IMG/VR virus record: IMGVR_UViG_3300026543_000090
Span: 1 to 37,296 of that record
Strand: one strand, 5' to 3'
Origin: a virus
Taxonomy: Duplodnaviria > Caudoviricetes
Length of the DNA: 37,296 nucleotides
Position numbers and translations under genes: made by a program. Positions 8,469 to 16,588 of the stretch are shown in pieces. Under the pieces are notes generated by a model. That model saw nothing but the letters and a program-made list of their open reading frames with translations, did no database searches and was not told where the DNA came from. Position 1 is the first letter of the stretch, and every line of letters begins with the position of its first letter.

Positions 8469-8660
8469 TTGAAAGATATGAAAAATAAAAATAAAAACTA
8501 CAATATTAGTTTGAATAAAGAAGAGATAGAGAACTGTAGAACAATTCTAGAATTTGTTAGTTGTTTGCCGGAAAGTAAATCTATTACAGAACAATATTTA
8601 AAAAATATGGAAATAAATAATAAATTTAATACGAGTTCAGAAGAAGATGTCTGTAGATAA
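8469..8660 (+). CDS. Hypothetical protein
   Basis: 63-aa AT-rich ORF; start uncertain. Confidence 0.3.
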   Translation: MKDMKNKNKNYNISLNKEEIENCRTILEFVSCLPESKSITEQYLKNMEINNKFNTSSEEDVCR

Positions 8661-8716
8661 GGGATTTGCAAGGACGCTTTAAAATCCTGGAGGTGTCTTC
8701 TTCTTTTTAAGGAAAT

Positions 8717-9472
8717 ATGACAGATATGATTAAAACAGGATTTAAAGATTTAGACGATCAGATTTCAATTCTTAAGCCAGGTCATTTGATAGTCGTTGCA
8801 GGACGTCCTGCAATGGGGAAAACAGCTTTTGTTATTAGTATTGCTTCCCATATAAGCATAGATATTAATAAAAAAGTTTTATTTTTTTGTTTAGACATAC
8901 AACAAACTTCTAAAAGAATAATTTGTAATACATTTGATTATGGAATTGATGAAAAGAATTATGAAGAAGTTATTACTAAACATGAAGAAATGGATGTTTT
9001 TAAGATATTGAAGAATTTTTCAATAGATGATCGTCTAGATTTAAATTCTATAATATTCCGTAGTAAAAAGGAAATTATAGAAGAAGATTTAAAACTATTG
9101 ATTATTGACTGTATTCAACTTGTTAAATTTGATAAGGATATAGATATATCAACTGTATTAAAAAATCTAGCTGTAGAGTTAAATATTCCTATAATTTGCA
9201 CATCTCAAATGTCCCGTAAATCAGAAGAAAGATTTGATAAAAGACCTGTAATTACAGATCTTATAGATTATTCTCCAATAGAACAAAATATAGATACATT
9301 TATTTCTATTTATAGAGAAGAATACTATAATGAAGATAGTATTTCTGAAAATGTAGATATACATATATCAACGGTTGAAAACAATATAGCTAAAGATGTA
9401 GATATTAATTTAAGTTTTAAAAAAGAAACAGCATCTTTTAAAAAAGAAACAACCTCTTTTAAAAACTTTTAA
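8717..9472 (+). CDS. DnaB-like helicase C-terminal domain only, with degenerate motifs
   Basis: TGFKDLD...PGHLIVVAGRPAMGKT, LKNLAVELNIPIICTSQMSR, DKRP...IEQ; no N-terminal domain. Confidence 0.85.
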   Translation: MTDMIKTGFKDLDDQISILKPGHLIVVAGRPAMGKTAFVISIASHISIDINKKVLFFCLDIQQTSKRIICNTFDYGIDEKNYEEVITKHEEMDVFKILKNFSIDDRLDLNSIIFRSKKEIIEEDLKLLIIDCIQLVKFDKDIDISTVLKNLAVELNIPIICTSQMSRKSEERFDKRPVITDLIDYSPIEQNIDTFISIYREEYYNEDSISENVDIHISTVENNIAKDVDINLSFKKETASFKKETTSFKNF

Positions 9473-9487
9473 TGTATAAGGAAGTAT

Positions 9488-9712
9488 ATGATACAAGGAA
9501 AACCATACAAATATAAAAAAGCCGATCATCATAAGTATGGTGATGGGTTTTCAACACAGGCCACTCCAGACAGTTTCAGTGATCAAGAGTGTTGTAAAGG
9601 AACGCCTGGATTCCGTACAGATTATTCAATGACGATGCAGCCAATTCGTGGTCCAAGGACTTATCCAAGTGTTGTAGTTATTATGGGACAAACAAATAAA
9701 AGATCGGTTTAA
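9488..9712 (+). CDS. Hypothetical protein
   Basis: 74-aa ORF with AAGGA RBS. Confidence 0.6.
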   Translation: MIQGKPYKYKKADHHKYGDGFSTQATPDSFSDQECCKGTPGFRTDYSMTMQPIRGPRTYPSVVVIMGQTNKRSV

Positions 9713-9735
9713 TTCAAATACTAGCTGGGGGGGAA

Positions 9736-9885
9736 ATGGCTGGAAAATATAAGCATCTTAAATCATCCAAGATGGATAAAAGTATGGGGATGAAGTCAGT
9801 AAAATCATCTAGTAAGAAAAAGTCTGGTCATAAGACATCGACTGGCATGAAAAAATCTAAGATGAGTAAAGGATCATGGGGATAA
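9736..9885 (+). CDS. Small Lys/Ser/Met-rich basic protein (49 aa; not in ORF track)
   Basis: MAGKYKHLKSSKMDKSMGMKSVKSSSKKKSGHKTSTGMKKSKMSKGSWG; G-rich RBS. Confidence 0.6.
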   Translation: MAGKYKHLKSSKMDKSMGMKSVKSSSKKKSGHKTSTGMKKSKMSKGSWG

Positions 9886-9920
9886 CCCCCAAGCTTTTGG
9901 AGGATAACCCCCAAGCTTTT
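9880..9920 (+). repeat. 19-bp direct repeat, period 22
   Basis: GGATAACCCCCAAGCTTTT at 9880-9898 and 9902-9920. Confidence 0.9.
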
Positions 9921-9930
9921 AAGTAATATC

Positions 9931-10212
9931 ATGGTAAAAAAAACAACGATCGCCAAGGGCGTAAAAGTATCTCCTAAAAAAGCCTCTAAGATGAGGAAGC
10001 GTGCTGGTGGTTCAAACGTAGGAAAGTATAAAAATGTTCAAACCTCAGACATGGCTGGAAAAGCTGGTGGAGCTCCTAGTGGATCATATCCCATCAATAC
10101 ACGAAAAAGAGCCGTTGCTGCCTTGGCTTATGCGCACAATGCTCCCAATCCATCAGGGATAAAGAAAGCAGTCTATAATAAATACCCAAGTTTGAAACAA
10201 TCAAAAAAATAA
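9931..10212 (+). CDS. Small basic phage protein
   Basis: K/A/G-rich; YPINTRKRAVAALAYA...IKKAVYNKYP motif resembles proteins near phage head genes. Confidence 0.7.
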   Translation: MVKKTTIAKGVKVSPKKASKMRKRAGGSNVGKYKNVQTSDMAGKAGGAPSGSYPINTRKRAVAALAYAHNAPNPSGIKKAVYNKYPSLKQSKK

Positions 10213-10223
10213 AAAGGAACGTC

Positions 10224-10454
10224 ATGGAATGGATAAATGTAAAAGATAAATTACCTGAAACAGATTGTTGCGTATTAATGAGAACAGATGCTTATCCATT
10301 TGATTCCATTATTGGATTATATCATCCCCCTACTTCTAATTATCCTCATGGATACTTTAATGAATATAATCCAGATAGACATCATCATTATCCTTTAGAT
10401 ATTAATCACTACATAAAAATTCCAGATCCTCCTATGGATAAAATAGAAATTTAA
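10224..10454 (+). CDS. DUF551-like phage protein
   Basis: MEWINVKDKLPE...VL...INHYIKIPDPP pattern; AAGGA RBS. Confidence 0.75.
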   Translation: MEWINVKDKLPETDCCVLMRTDAYPFDSIIGLYHPPTSNYPHGYFNEYNPDRHHHYPLDINHYIKIPDPPMDKIEI

Positions 10455-10524
10455 CTATCTATATTCTTTATTTTTATCAAATGATTGTAAAATAATATTT
10501 TATTAATTAAAGTAAAAGATTAAC

Positions 10525-10561
10525 AGCTCATATGATTTTAGAGCTTATTCAAACCACACGC
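10525..10561 (+). promoter_or_regulatory. Conserved leader motif, copy A (upstream of portal)
   Basis: AGCTC-ATATGAT-ttta-GAGCT...AACCACACGC, ending 8 nt before the ATG. Confidence 0.6.
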
Positions 10562-10569
10562 GAGATTTA

Positions 10570-12678
10570 ATGTCAGTTGTTACAGGTGTTCAAGGACTTG
10601 ATGTTGTCCAAGACTATGATAATTACTATGAAGAGGCATATTATGCCTGGAGTCCTTACTATCCACTAGCTGAAAGAGATCTTCGATTCTATATAGGTGA
10701 TCAATGGGATGAGAAAGAAAAACAATCTCTTTTTGAACAAGGCCGTAATCAATACGTATTTAATTATGTACGTAGAAATATAAATCTTATTGATGGATAC
10801 CAGCGTAAAAATCAATTAAGTTCCGTCGTTATTCCTGTTGAAAACTCTGATCAGTATACCGCAGATCTAAGGACAAAACTTCTCCTCTATGTCTTAGAGC
10901 AAGCTGATGGATATCATAAAATCTCCGACTCTTTTTCTGGAGCCCTTAAAACAGGTCTTAATTTAGCTACTTTATGGATGGACTATAGAGATGATCCTGT
11001 TAATGGAGATCTTAAAATAGGAAGAGAGCCTTATTCTGGGGTTATAATGGACCCCTATTTTACAAGTCTTGATTGGAGTGACTGTGCATATGTTATCAGA
11101 CGCAAATACTTAAACCCTGAACATGCAGCGTCTCTATTACCTGGTATGGAAGAAGAAGTTTATGACTTACATAAAATGGGATGGTCTCGAGACGACAAAT
11201 TCACCTGGTTACCTTATCAAAGACAGCCCAATGGTCAAGACTTAATCGCTTACAATGAATTTTATCAGCAGAAGTGGAAAAAAGTATCCATGTTAGTTGA
11301 TACCGAAACGGGTGAGTATGCTGAATGGCAAGGAAATCAAAGTACTTTAAAGCAGTTTACTAAACTTTATCCCCAATTAAAGATCGTTCAACGTTCTACT
11401 AGATACATTGAAAAACATATCATTCTGAATGATAGATACATGAAGACAGATATTAATCCCTATGGAATGAATGAATACCCTTTTGTTCCTTTTGTAGCGA
11501 TCTGGGAGCCTGAGTCTGATCTATGGGGACTTAAACTGCAGTCGTTGATCCGTTGCATGATAGACCCCCAGAAAGAGAGCAACAGACGTCGTTCTCAGAT
11601 GAGTGATATACTTGATTCACAGATAAACTCCGGTTGGATAGCTGATGAAGACTCTGTTGTAAATCCCCGTTCTTTATTCCAAAGCTCTCAAGGAAAGGTC
11701 ATCTGGAAAAAAAGAGATTCATCTCCAGATTCATTAACAAAAATACCCCCAGCTCAAATTCCCCCTTCTATGTTCCAACTCCAAGAGCTTTATGATAAGG
11801 ATATGATGCAAATTGCAGGTATAAATGATGCTGCTTTTGGTGAGACTTCAAATCCTCAAGAATCTGGTGTGATGTTTATGCTACGTCAAGGTGCATCCGT
11901 AACTAGTTTACAGGGAATCTTTGATAATCTTCGATATAGCCAAAAGATGCTAAGTAAGAAAATACTGAGGATGATTCAATCTTGGACGCCAGAAAAAATA
12001 GAAAGAATAACAAATATGAAGCCCACAGAGGCTTTTTACGATCCGGATTCTGTAAAATATGATGTCGTTGTTCAAGAAGGAACCCTTACTAATACTCAAA
12101 AACAGATGTACTTCCATCAACTCGTTGAACTCCAAAAATTGGGAGTCCCGGTCACTGGTAAAATGCTATCTGAAGCAGCACCGATTCAAGGTAAAACAGA
12201 TTACAATAATCAAATTGCTGAACAAGAAAAGCAACAGGCTCAAGAAGCTAAAGAACAAGCCGATCTTCAAAAACAGATTCTTCAAACACAGAGTGAGATG
12301 GCCCAAGCCAAGTCTATCAGTGATATTGCTCTATCTAAAGAAAGATTTACAAGAAGTATAGCTAACCTAGGACTCCAAGAAGAGAGGAATAGTGAAGCTA
12401 TCCAGAACAGAGCTCAAGCTGCTTTAGATCGTACAAGAGCCATGAAAGAATTGGATGGTATAGACGACGACAGACTAGTTAAGTATCTGGGAATCGTTCG
12501 TATGATGGAAGAAATGAATAAAGCAGAGGAAGAAAAGAATAAAGCTGATGACCTTGCTATAACAGAGCAGTCTGAAAAGCTTAATTCTGCTTTTCCAAAT
12601 CCTGTATCGATGCCAAATAGCCCCGATTTAATGGGAAGCACTACAGGAACACAACCAAATCAACCGTTGGAGGTTTAA
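10570..12678 (+). CDS. Portal protein (P22-like podovirus)
   Basis: 702 aa; DLRFYIGDQW...FNYVRRNINLIDGYQR, YPFVPF, LIRCMIDPQKESNRRRS; Q-rich C-terminal coiled coil; position after TerL. Confidence 0.9.
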   Translation: MSVVTGVQGLDVVQDYDNYYEEAYYAWSPYYPLAERDLRFYIGDQWDEKEKQSLFEQGRNQYVFNYVRRNINLIDGYQRKNQLSSVVIPVENSDQYTADLRTKLLLYVLEQADGYHKISDSFSGALKTGLNLATLWMDYRDDPVNGDLKIGREPYSGVIMDPYFTSLDWSDCAYVIRRKYLNPEHAASLLPGMEEEVYDLHKMGWSRDDKFTWLPYQRQPNGQDLIAYNEFYQQKWKKVSMLVDTETGEYAEWQGNQSTLKQFTKLYPQLKIVQRSTRYIEKHIILNDRYMKTDINPYGMNEYPFVPFVAIWEPESDLWGLKLQSLIRCMIDPQKESNRRRSQMSDILDSQINSGWIADEDSVVNPRSLFQSSQGKVIWKKRDSSPDSLTKIPPAQIPPSMFQLQELYDKDMMQIAGINDAAFGETSNPQESGVMFMLRQGASVTSLQGIFDNLRYSQKMLSKKILRMIQSWTPEKIERITNMKPTEAFYDPDSVKYDVVVQEGTLTNTQKQMYFHQLVELQKLGVPVTGKMLSEAAPIQGKTDYNNQIAEQEKQQAQEAKEQADLQKQILQTQSEMAQAKSISDIALSKERFTRSIANLGLQEERNSEAIQNRAQAALDRTRAMKELDGIDDDRLVKYLGIVRMMEEMNKAEEEKNKADDLAITEQSEKLNSAFPNPVSMPNSPDLMGSTTGTQPNQPLEV

Positions 12679-12679
12679 A

Positions 12680-12970
12680 ATGGCTGCAATGTACACCAAA
12701 ACTAGGAGTGTAGAAAGCCCTTATCATATGGAATCTGGCGAAAGATCAGGCCGTAGCGCAATGATGAAGGGAAAAAAGCCTTATGGCTGGGATAACGATA
12801 GTTATCAACGTATGCCTATGGGGAATGTAAAAGAGCTAAAAGATAGCACTCAGTCTCCTTATGTATATGATATTCCAACTGATACTGAAAAATATGATAT
12901 GGGACGTATGAAATATGACTCCATTGGAATGAAGGGATATGCGCGACAAGCATATGACTACGATTACTAA
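12680..12970 (+). CDS. Hypothetical protein (head region)
   Basis: 96 aa with GGAGG RBS, directly after the portal gene. Confidence 0.7.
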   Translation: MAAMYTKTRSVESPYHMESGERSGRSAMMKGKKPYGWDNDSYQRMPMGNVKELKDSTQSPYVYDIPTDTEKYDMGRMKYDSIGMKGYARQAYDYDY

Positions 12971-13019
12971 AGAATTTTCTCGTAAGAAGAAACGTCTGAT
13001 AAATCTTTAAGAGGTTAAA

Positions 13020-13391
13020 ATGTATCAAGAGACGGGTGAAACCAGAGATGCCATCATTGAAGATGACAATAGGATAATTCAGAAGATATTGGATGCTAAT
13101 AAGCATCTAAAAGAAAACTACTGGATAGTACTTTTTGCCAAGCCTTCAAAGACAAAGATTAATGGATTTCCAACGCTTAATAAATACATCCAACCTTATA
13201 GAAAAAAACCTACTTCACAAGTAGGGCTAATTATTGGAGAAGTTGACAACAAAAAAGGCACCCTTGAGTGGGAAGTCAACATGCCACAAAGACCTTTTGA
13301 TTTTGATGCTCTTGCATTAGTAGGAGCCAAGTCTTGTGATGAATTAGTAACTGAAACCAGTACAATTCCCGAGGCTTATATAACTAGATAG
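13020..13391 (+). CDS. Hypothetical protein (head region)
   Basis: 123 aa with GAGG RBS. Confidence 0.7.
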   Translation: MYQETGETRDAIIEDDNRIIQKILDANKHLKENYWIVLFAKPSKTKINGFPTLNKYIQPYRKKPTSQVGLIIGEVDNKKGTLEWEVNMPQRPFDFDALALVGAKSCDELVTETSTIPEAYITR

Positions 13392-13412
13392 TTAAATAGT
13401 GCCGCCGACTTG

Positions 13413-13480
13413 GAGTTAATATGATCTCTCTTTCATTGAAAGAAAGCTAACTCGAACGGGCGTTAAAGGAAACCACACGC
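13413..13480 (+). promoter_or_regulatory. Conserved leader motif, copy B (upstream of scaffold/capsid)
   Basis: GAGTTA-ATATGAT-[inner hairpin]-TAACTC...AACCACACGC, ending 1 nt before the ATG. Confidence 0.6.
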
Positions 13481-13481
13481 A

Positions 13482-14150
13482 ATGATTCAAGAAGAAGCAA
13501 CCAGCGTTTCGGGCGTACATGAGGAGGTCGCCGCTCCTGTATCTGAACCAGTAGTTGATGAACAACCAGAACAGGCTGCTCTTCAGGAACGACAAGTTCC
13601 TTTAGCAGCTTTGGAATCTGAAAGAGCACAACGACAACAGATTCAAGACGAACTCAAAATAATTAAAGAAAATCTTACCCTTATGCAGATGAGGCAAAAT
13701 CAGCCTCCTCCTGTTCAAGAACCGATTATTAATGATGACGATGTTATGACGCACGGCGAATTTAAAAAAGCCGCTCATCAATTTCAAAGTCAAATTGCCG
13801 GTCAGTTAAATGAAATGCAGATGTCTAAGAAATTTCCTGATTATGACGAGGTCGTCCGAAAGTATTTACCAGAAATAATTAAAGATGATCCAAGTATTGC
13901 CACAACTTTGGACAATTCAAAAGACTATAATTTAGCTTATCGCTTAGCAAAAACCTCTGAAGGTTATCGAAGAGATCACACGAAGATACAAAAGAACTCA
14001 GATGCTCAAAGAATTCTATCTAATTCGGAGCAAACAGGGAGTTTATCTTCTGTTGGTGGGACTTCACCAATCAGCATGGTAAAGCGATACAAAGATATGT
14101 CAGATACGGATTTCCTTAAAGAGATGGCAAAAAACGTGGGTCATGCATAG
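13482..14150 (+). CDS. Putative capsid scaffolding protein
   Basis: Acidic N-terminus, VPLAALESERAQRQ coiled coil, KKFPDYDEVV, C-terminal YKDMSDTDF; directly precedes the capsid gene. Confidence 0.75.
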   Translation: MIQEEATSVSGVHEEVAAPVSEPVVDEQPEQAALQERQVPLAALESERAQRQQIQDELKIIKENLTLMQMRQNQPPPVQEPIINDDDVMTHGEFKKAAHQFQSQIAGQLNEMQMSKKFPDYDEVVRKYLPEIIKDDPSIATTLDNSKDYNLAYRLAKTSEGYRRDHTKIQKNSDAQRILSNSEQTGSLSSVGGTSPISMVKRYKDMSDTDFLKEMAKNVGHA

Positions 14151-14166
14151 ATAAAAGAGGAAAAAA

Positions 14167-15566
14167 ATGTCAAGTATTACGACAGTCGCGGTTTTGCCGC
14201 CGGCGGTCAGAGAGTAAAAATTTTAATTATCATATATTGCTCTCTATAAATCTTCTCTAATTGACTTGGAAGCCTAAAGCGAAAGCCATGGTGACAAGGG
14301 GCAAGCACAAGATGAATATCTTGTTGCAGCCTGAACGACTTAACGAGAAGATCTCGAAAGAGGAAGCGAAAGTCTGAACTAGATTGTAAAGATCTAGAGG
14401 AAGATCCGAAGAGATTTTCCCGCTTACATTTATGTAAGTCATTAAAAAGTAACAGATTGATTATGACCGTCTTCTTCTGATGACAGCGTATCCAACTCTT
14501 GTGCATACAAAATTTGCACAAAAACGAGTTTTACCCGAAAAAATGGGCGATACCATAGTTTTCCGAAGATACTCACGGCTTGATACAGTACCTGTACCGT
14601 TAGTTGATGGAATCACTCCACCAGGGAGTCCATTATCTGCGACGGACATAAAAGCAAGGGTCGATTTTTACGGTAATTTTGTGACCGTAACCAACCAAGT
14701 GGAGCTTACCGTTGAAGATCGCGTTTTAAACGAAGCCGCACGTTTGCTAGCACAGAACCTGGCTCAAACACTCGACGAGGTCACTCGAGATGTCTTAGCT
14801 AGTACAAGTTCAGTGTTGCAATGTGCAAACGGGGTAAATGGTAACACACCAACTGAATTAACGAAAGCAGATATTGATATTTCTGTCAGGACCTTATTAG
14901 GGCTTGATGCAGAAATGATTTCTGAAGTCGTAGTTGGTAGAGATGCATTCGGTACAACTCCTGTAAGACCAGCATTTTGGGCTTATATTGATACCGACTT
15001 ACTAGATGACTTAGAGCAAGTAGCAAACTTTGCTCATTCATCACAGTACGCGAACCAGCAGAGCGTTCTAGACTCAGAATGGGGAGCAACGGGTAGAAAA
15101 ATTGCTCGTTTAAAACTAAACCTTATTGACTTGGAAGCCTACGGCGATAGCTATGGTGACAGGGGCGAACCCGAATGGGACGTTGAACGACTAAGTGGTT
15201 TGGCTGCGTAAGCAGAAGCGATAGTCTGAACTAGGTTGTAAAGATCTAGAGGAAGATCCGAAGAGGTTTTCCCGCCTAGAGATAGGTCATGAAAGTAACA
15301 GAATGAATGTAAGATGGCTTTACACTTCAGTAGGAAGTAAAAGCGGTGCATCTCCAAACGTATTTAATAATTTCATAATTGCAAAAGAAGCGTATGCAGT
15401 TGTTCATTTACGATCAGAAACAGGCGAATTCTATGTAGAGCCACTTGGTTCTGCTGGAAGCGCCGACCCCCTCCACCAGAGAGGGAGTGTTGGGTGGCAA
15501 CACCCATTTGTATCTAGAATTTTAAACGACGACTTTATGTTGTCTCTAACTTCAACCCATAGCTAG
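14167..15566 (+). CDS. Major capsid protein (N4-gp56 type), join(14167..14215,14460..15094,15306..15566), 314 aa after splicing
   Basis: GAGGA RBS, then MSSITTVAVLPPAVRE|YYDRLLLMTAYP...GDTIVFRRY...FYGNFVTVT...SEWGATG|NVRWLYTS...DPLHQRGSVGWQ. The exons total 945 nt in one frame. Confidence 0.9.
14216..14459 (+). ncRNA. Group I self-splicing intron 1 (244 nt, no ORF)
   Basis: 5' exon ends in U and the intron ends in G. P1: AGAGAGU(14209-15)/GCUCUCU(14239-45) with U.G at the splice site. P3: CUUCUC/GAGAAG. P7: GACUU/AAGUC. GNRA-capped P8. Excision restores the frame. Confidence 0.9.
15095..15305 (+). ncRNA. Group I self-splicing intron 2 (211 nt, no ORF)
   Basis: P1: AACGGGU(15088-94)/GCUCGUU(15104-10) with U.G. 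P3: CUAAACC/GGUUUGG. P7: GACUA/UAGUC. Ends AGUAACAGAAUG. Excision gives ATG|NVRW (amino acids) in frame. Confidence 0.9.
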
Positions 15567-15575
15567 GAGGGAAAA

Positions 15576-16175
15576 ATGGCACAGATTAAAACAATTAATT
15601 TCACTAATCCTTCTACTGCAATTGCTCGCGATCTAGATATAGGATTCACCATAAGTGAAATCACTAGTATTGACATCAGTAATGGTGGTTCATGGCAGTG
15701 GGTATTTGGAATGGCAAGTGGATCGTCTTTAGACGTAGACGATGGAAGTATTTCTAATACAAATGGATTTACACCATTTTCACAAGATTCAACTTATGGA
15801 GCAACCATCAGTGGATTTACAAATGCTGGTTCAGGAGTAATTTCAGTAAATGACACAACAGTGTTTGGTTTTACTGTAGGAGATACTATTCGAGTATCTG
15901 ATCTTGCTGATGATGGAGCATCCGCTTTATTAGGACTAAACGGTGATTATATAATTGCGGCAGTTAGTCCAACTAGTATTACTGTTACTGTAAGTACAAC
16001 AGCTAGAAATTCTTATGTTTCAGGTGGAGTAGTAACACGTGTCAGCGATGCTGATGGTTTTTCGATTCCAACTGAAAACTTTGCTGTTCAAGGGGTGACT
16101 CTTGGAACAACGGTTGTAGGTGCAGACGATGCAAATATGGTCGTCATTGTTAAAGGACAGAACCCAGTAGTTTAA
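15576..16175 (+). CDS. Virion structural protein (head decoration-like) with an E1-FCCH-like beta domain
   Basis: GGAGG RBS directly after the capsid gene; ISGFTNA..GVI...GFTVGDTIRV...LNGDY segment. Confidence 0.65.
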   Translation: MAQIKTINFTNPSTAIARDLDIGFTISEITSIDISNGGSWQWVFGMASGSSLDVDDGSISNTNGFTPFSQDSTYGATISGFTNAGSGVISVNDTTVFGFTVGDTIRVSDLADDGASALLGLNGDYIIAAVSPTSITVTVSTTARNSYVSGGVVTRVSDADGFSIPTENFAVQGVTLGTTVVGADDANMVVIVKGQNPVV

Positions 16176-16178
16176 TTT

Positions 16179-16217
16179 ATTTTGGGGAATTTTCCATAAA
16201 TAGATAATTTCCCAAAA
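16179..16217 (+). terminator. Hairpin, possible terminator after the head genes
   Basis: TTTTGGGGAATT...AATTTCCCAAAA inverted repeat. Confidence 0.4.
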
Positions 16218-16234
16218 TTAACAAAAGAATAAAG

Positions 16235-16588
16235 ATGATAAAAGAAAACACAGTTAAAAAAAAAGATTACTCAAAACTTCCTATTGGTGGAGAACAGCCT
16301 AAAAGTGAGAAAGAAGAGAAGTATTTAAGAGAAATCGGAGAATATGAATTTTTAAACTTAGACGATAATGGTCTTCGTATAAGATTTCCATATGGAAGTA
16401 CAAATACACATGAGATTTTTACTTTTTTTCATGGTGGAAAGTATAAAATTCCCAGGCATTTAGCAAGACATGTTGAAACAAGAACTGTTCCTAATTATTC
16501 ATGGAGACCAAATGGCCTAGGACAGCTTGTAAAACAGCAAACAGGAACTAAACCTAGATTCCAAATGCGTCAAACTTATAGTGAATAG
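16235..16588 (+). CDS. Hypothetical protein (head-tail region)
   Basis: 117-aa ORF abutting the next gene. Confidence 0.7.
   Translation: MIKENTVKKKDYSKLPIGGEQPKSEKEEKYLREIGEYEFLNLDDNGLRIRFPYGSTNTHEIFTFFHGGKYKIPRHLARHVETRTVPNYSWRPNGLGQLVKQQTGTKPRFQMRQTYSE

Noticed and set aside
14480-15211. 243-aa ORF as a complete capsid protein, with 15303..15566 as a separate gene
   Set aside because: Both are exon fragments. The tail RKIARL...GLAA is read-through into intron 2, and the ATG at 15303 is the end of the intron.
14207-15357. Minus-strand ORFs over the introns that share the peptide SSDLPLDLYNLVQT (possible homing endonucleases or paralogs)
   Set aside because: The shared peptide simply reflects the conserved intron RNA read antisense; there are no nuclease motifs.
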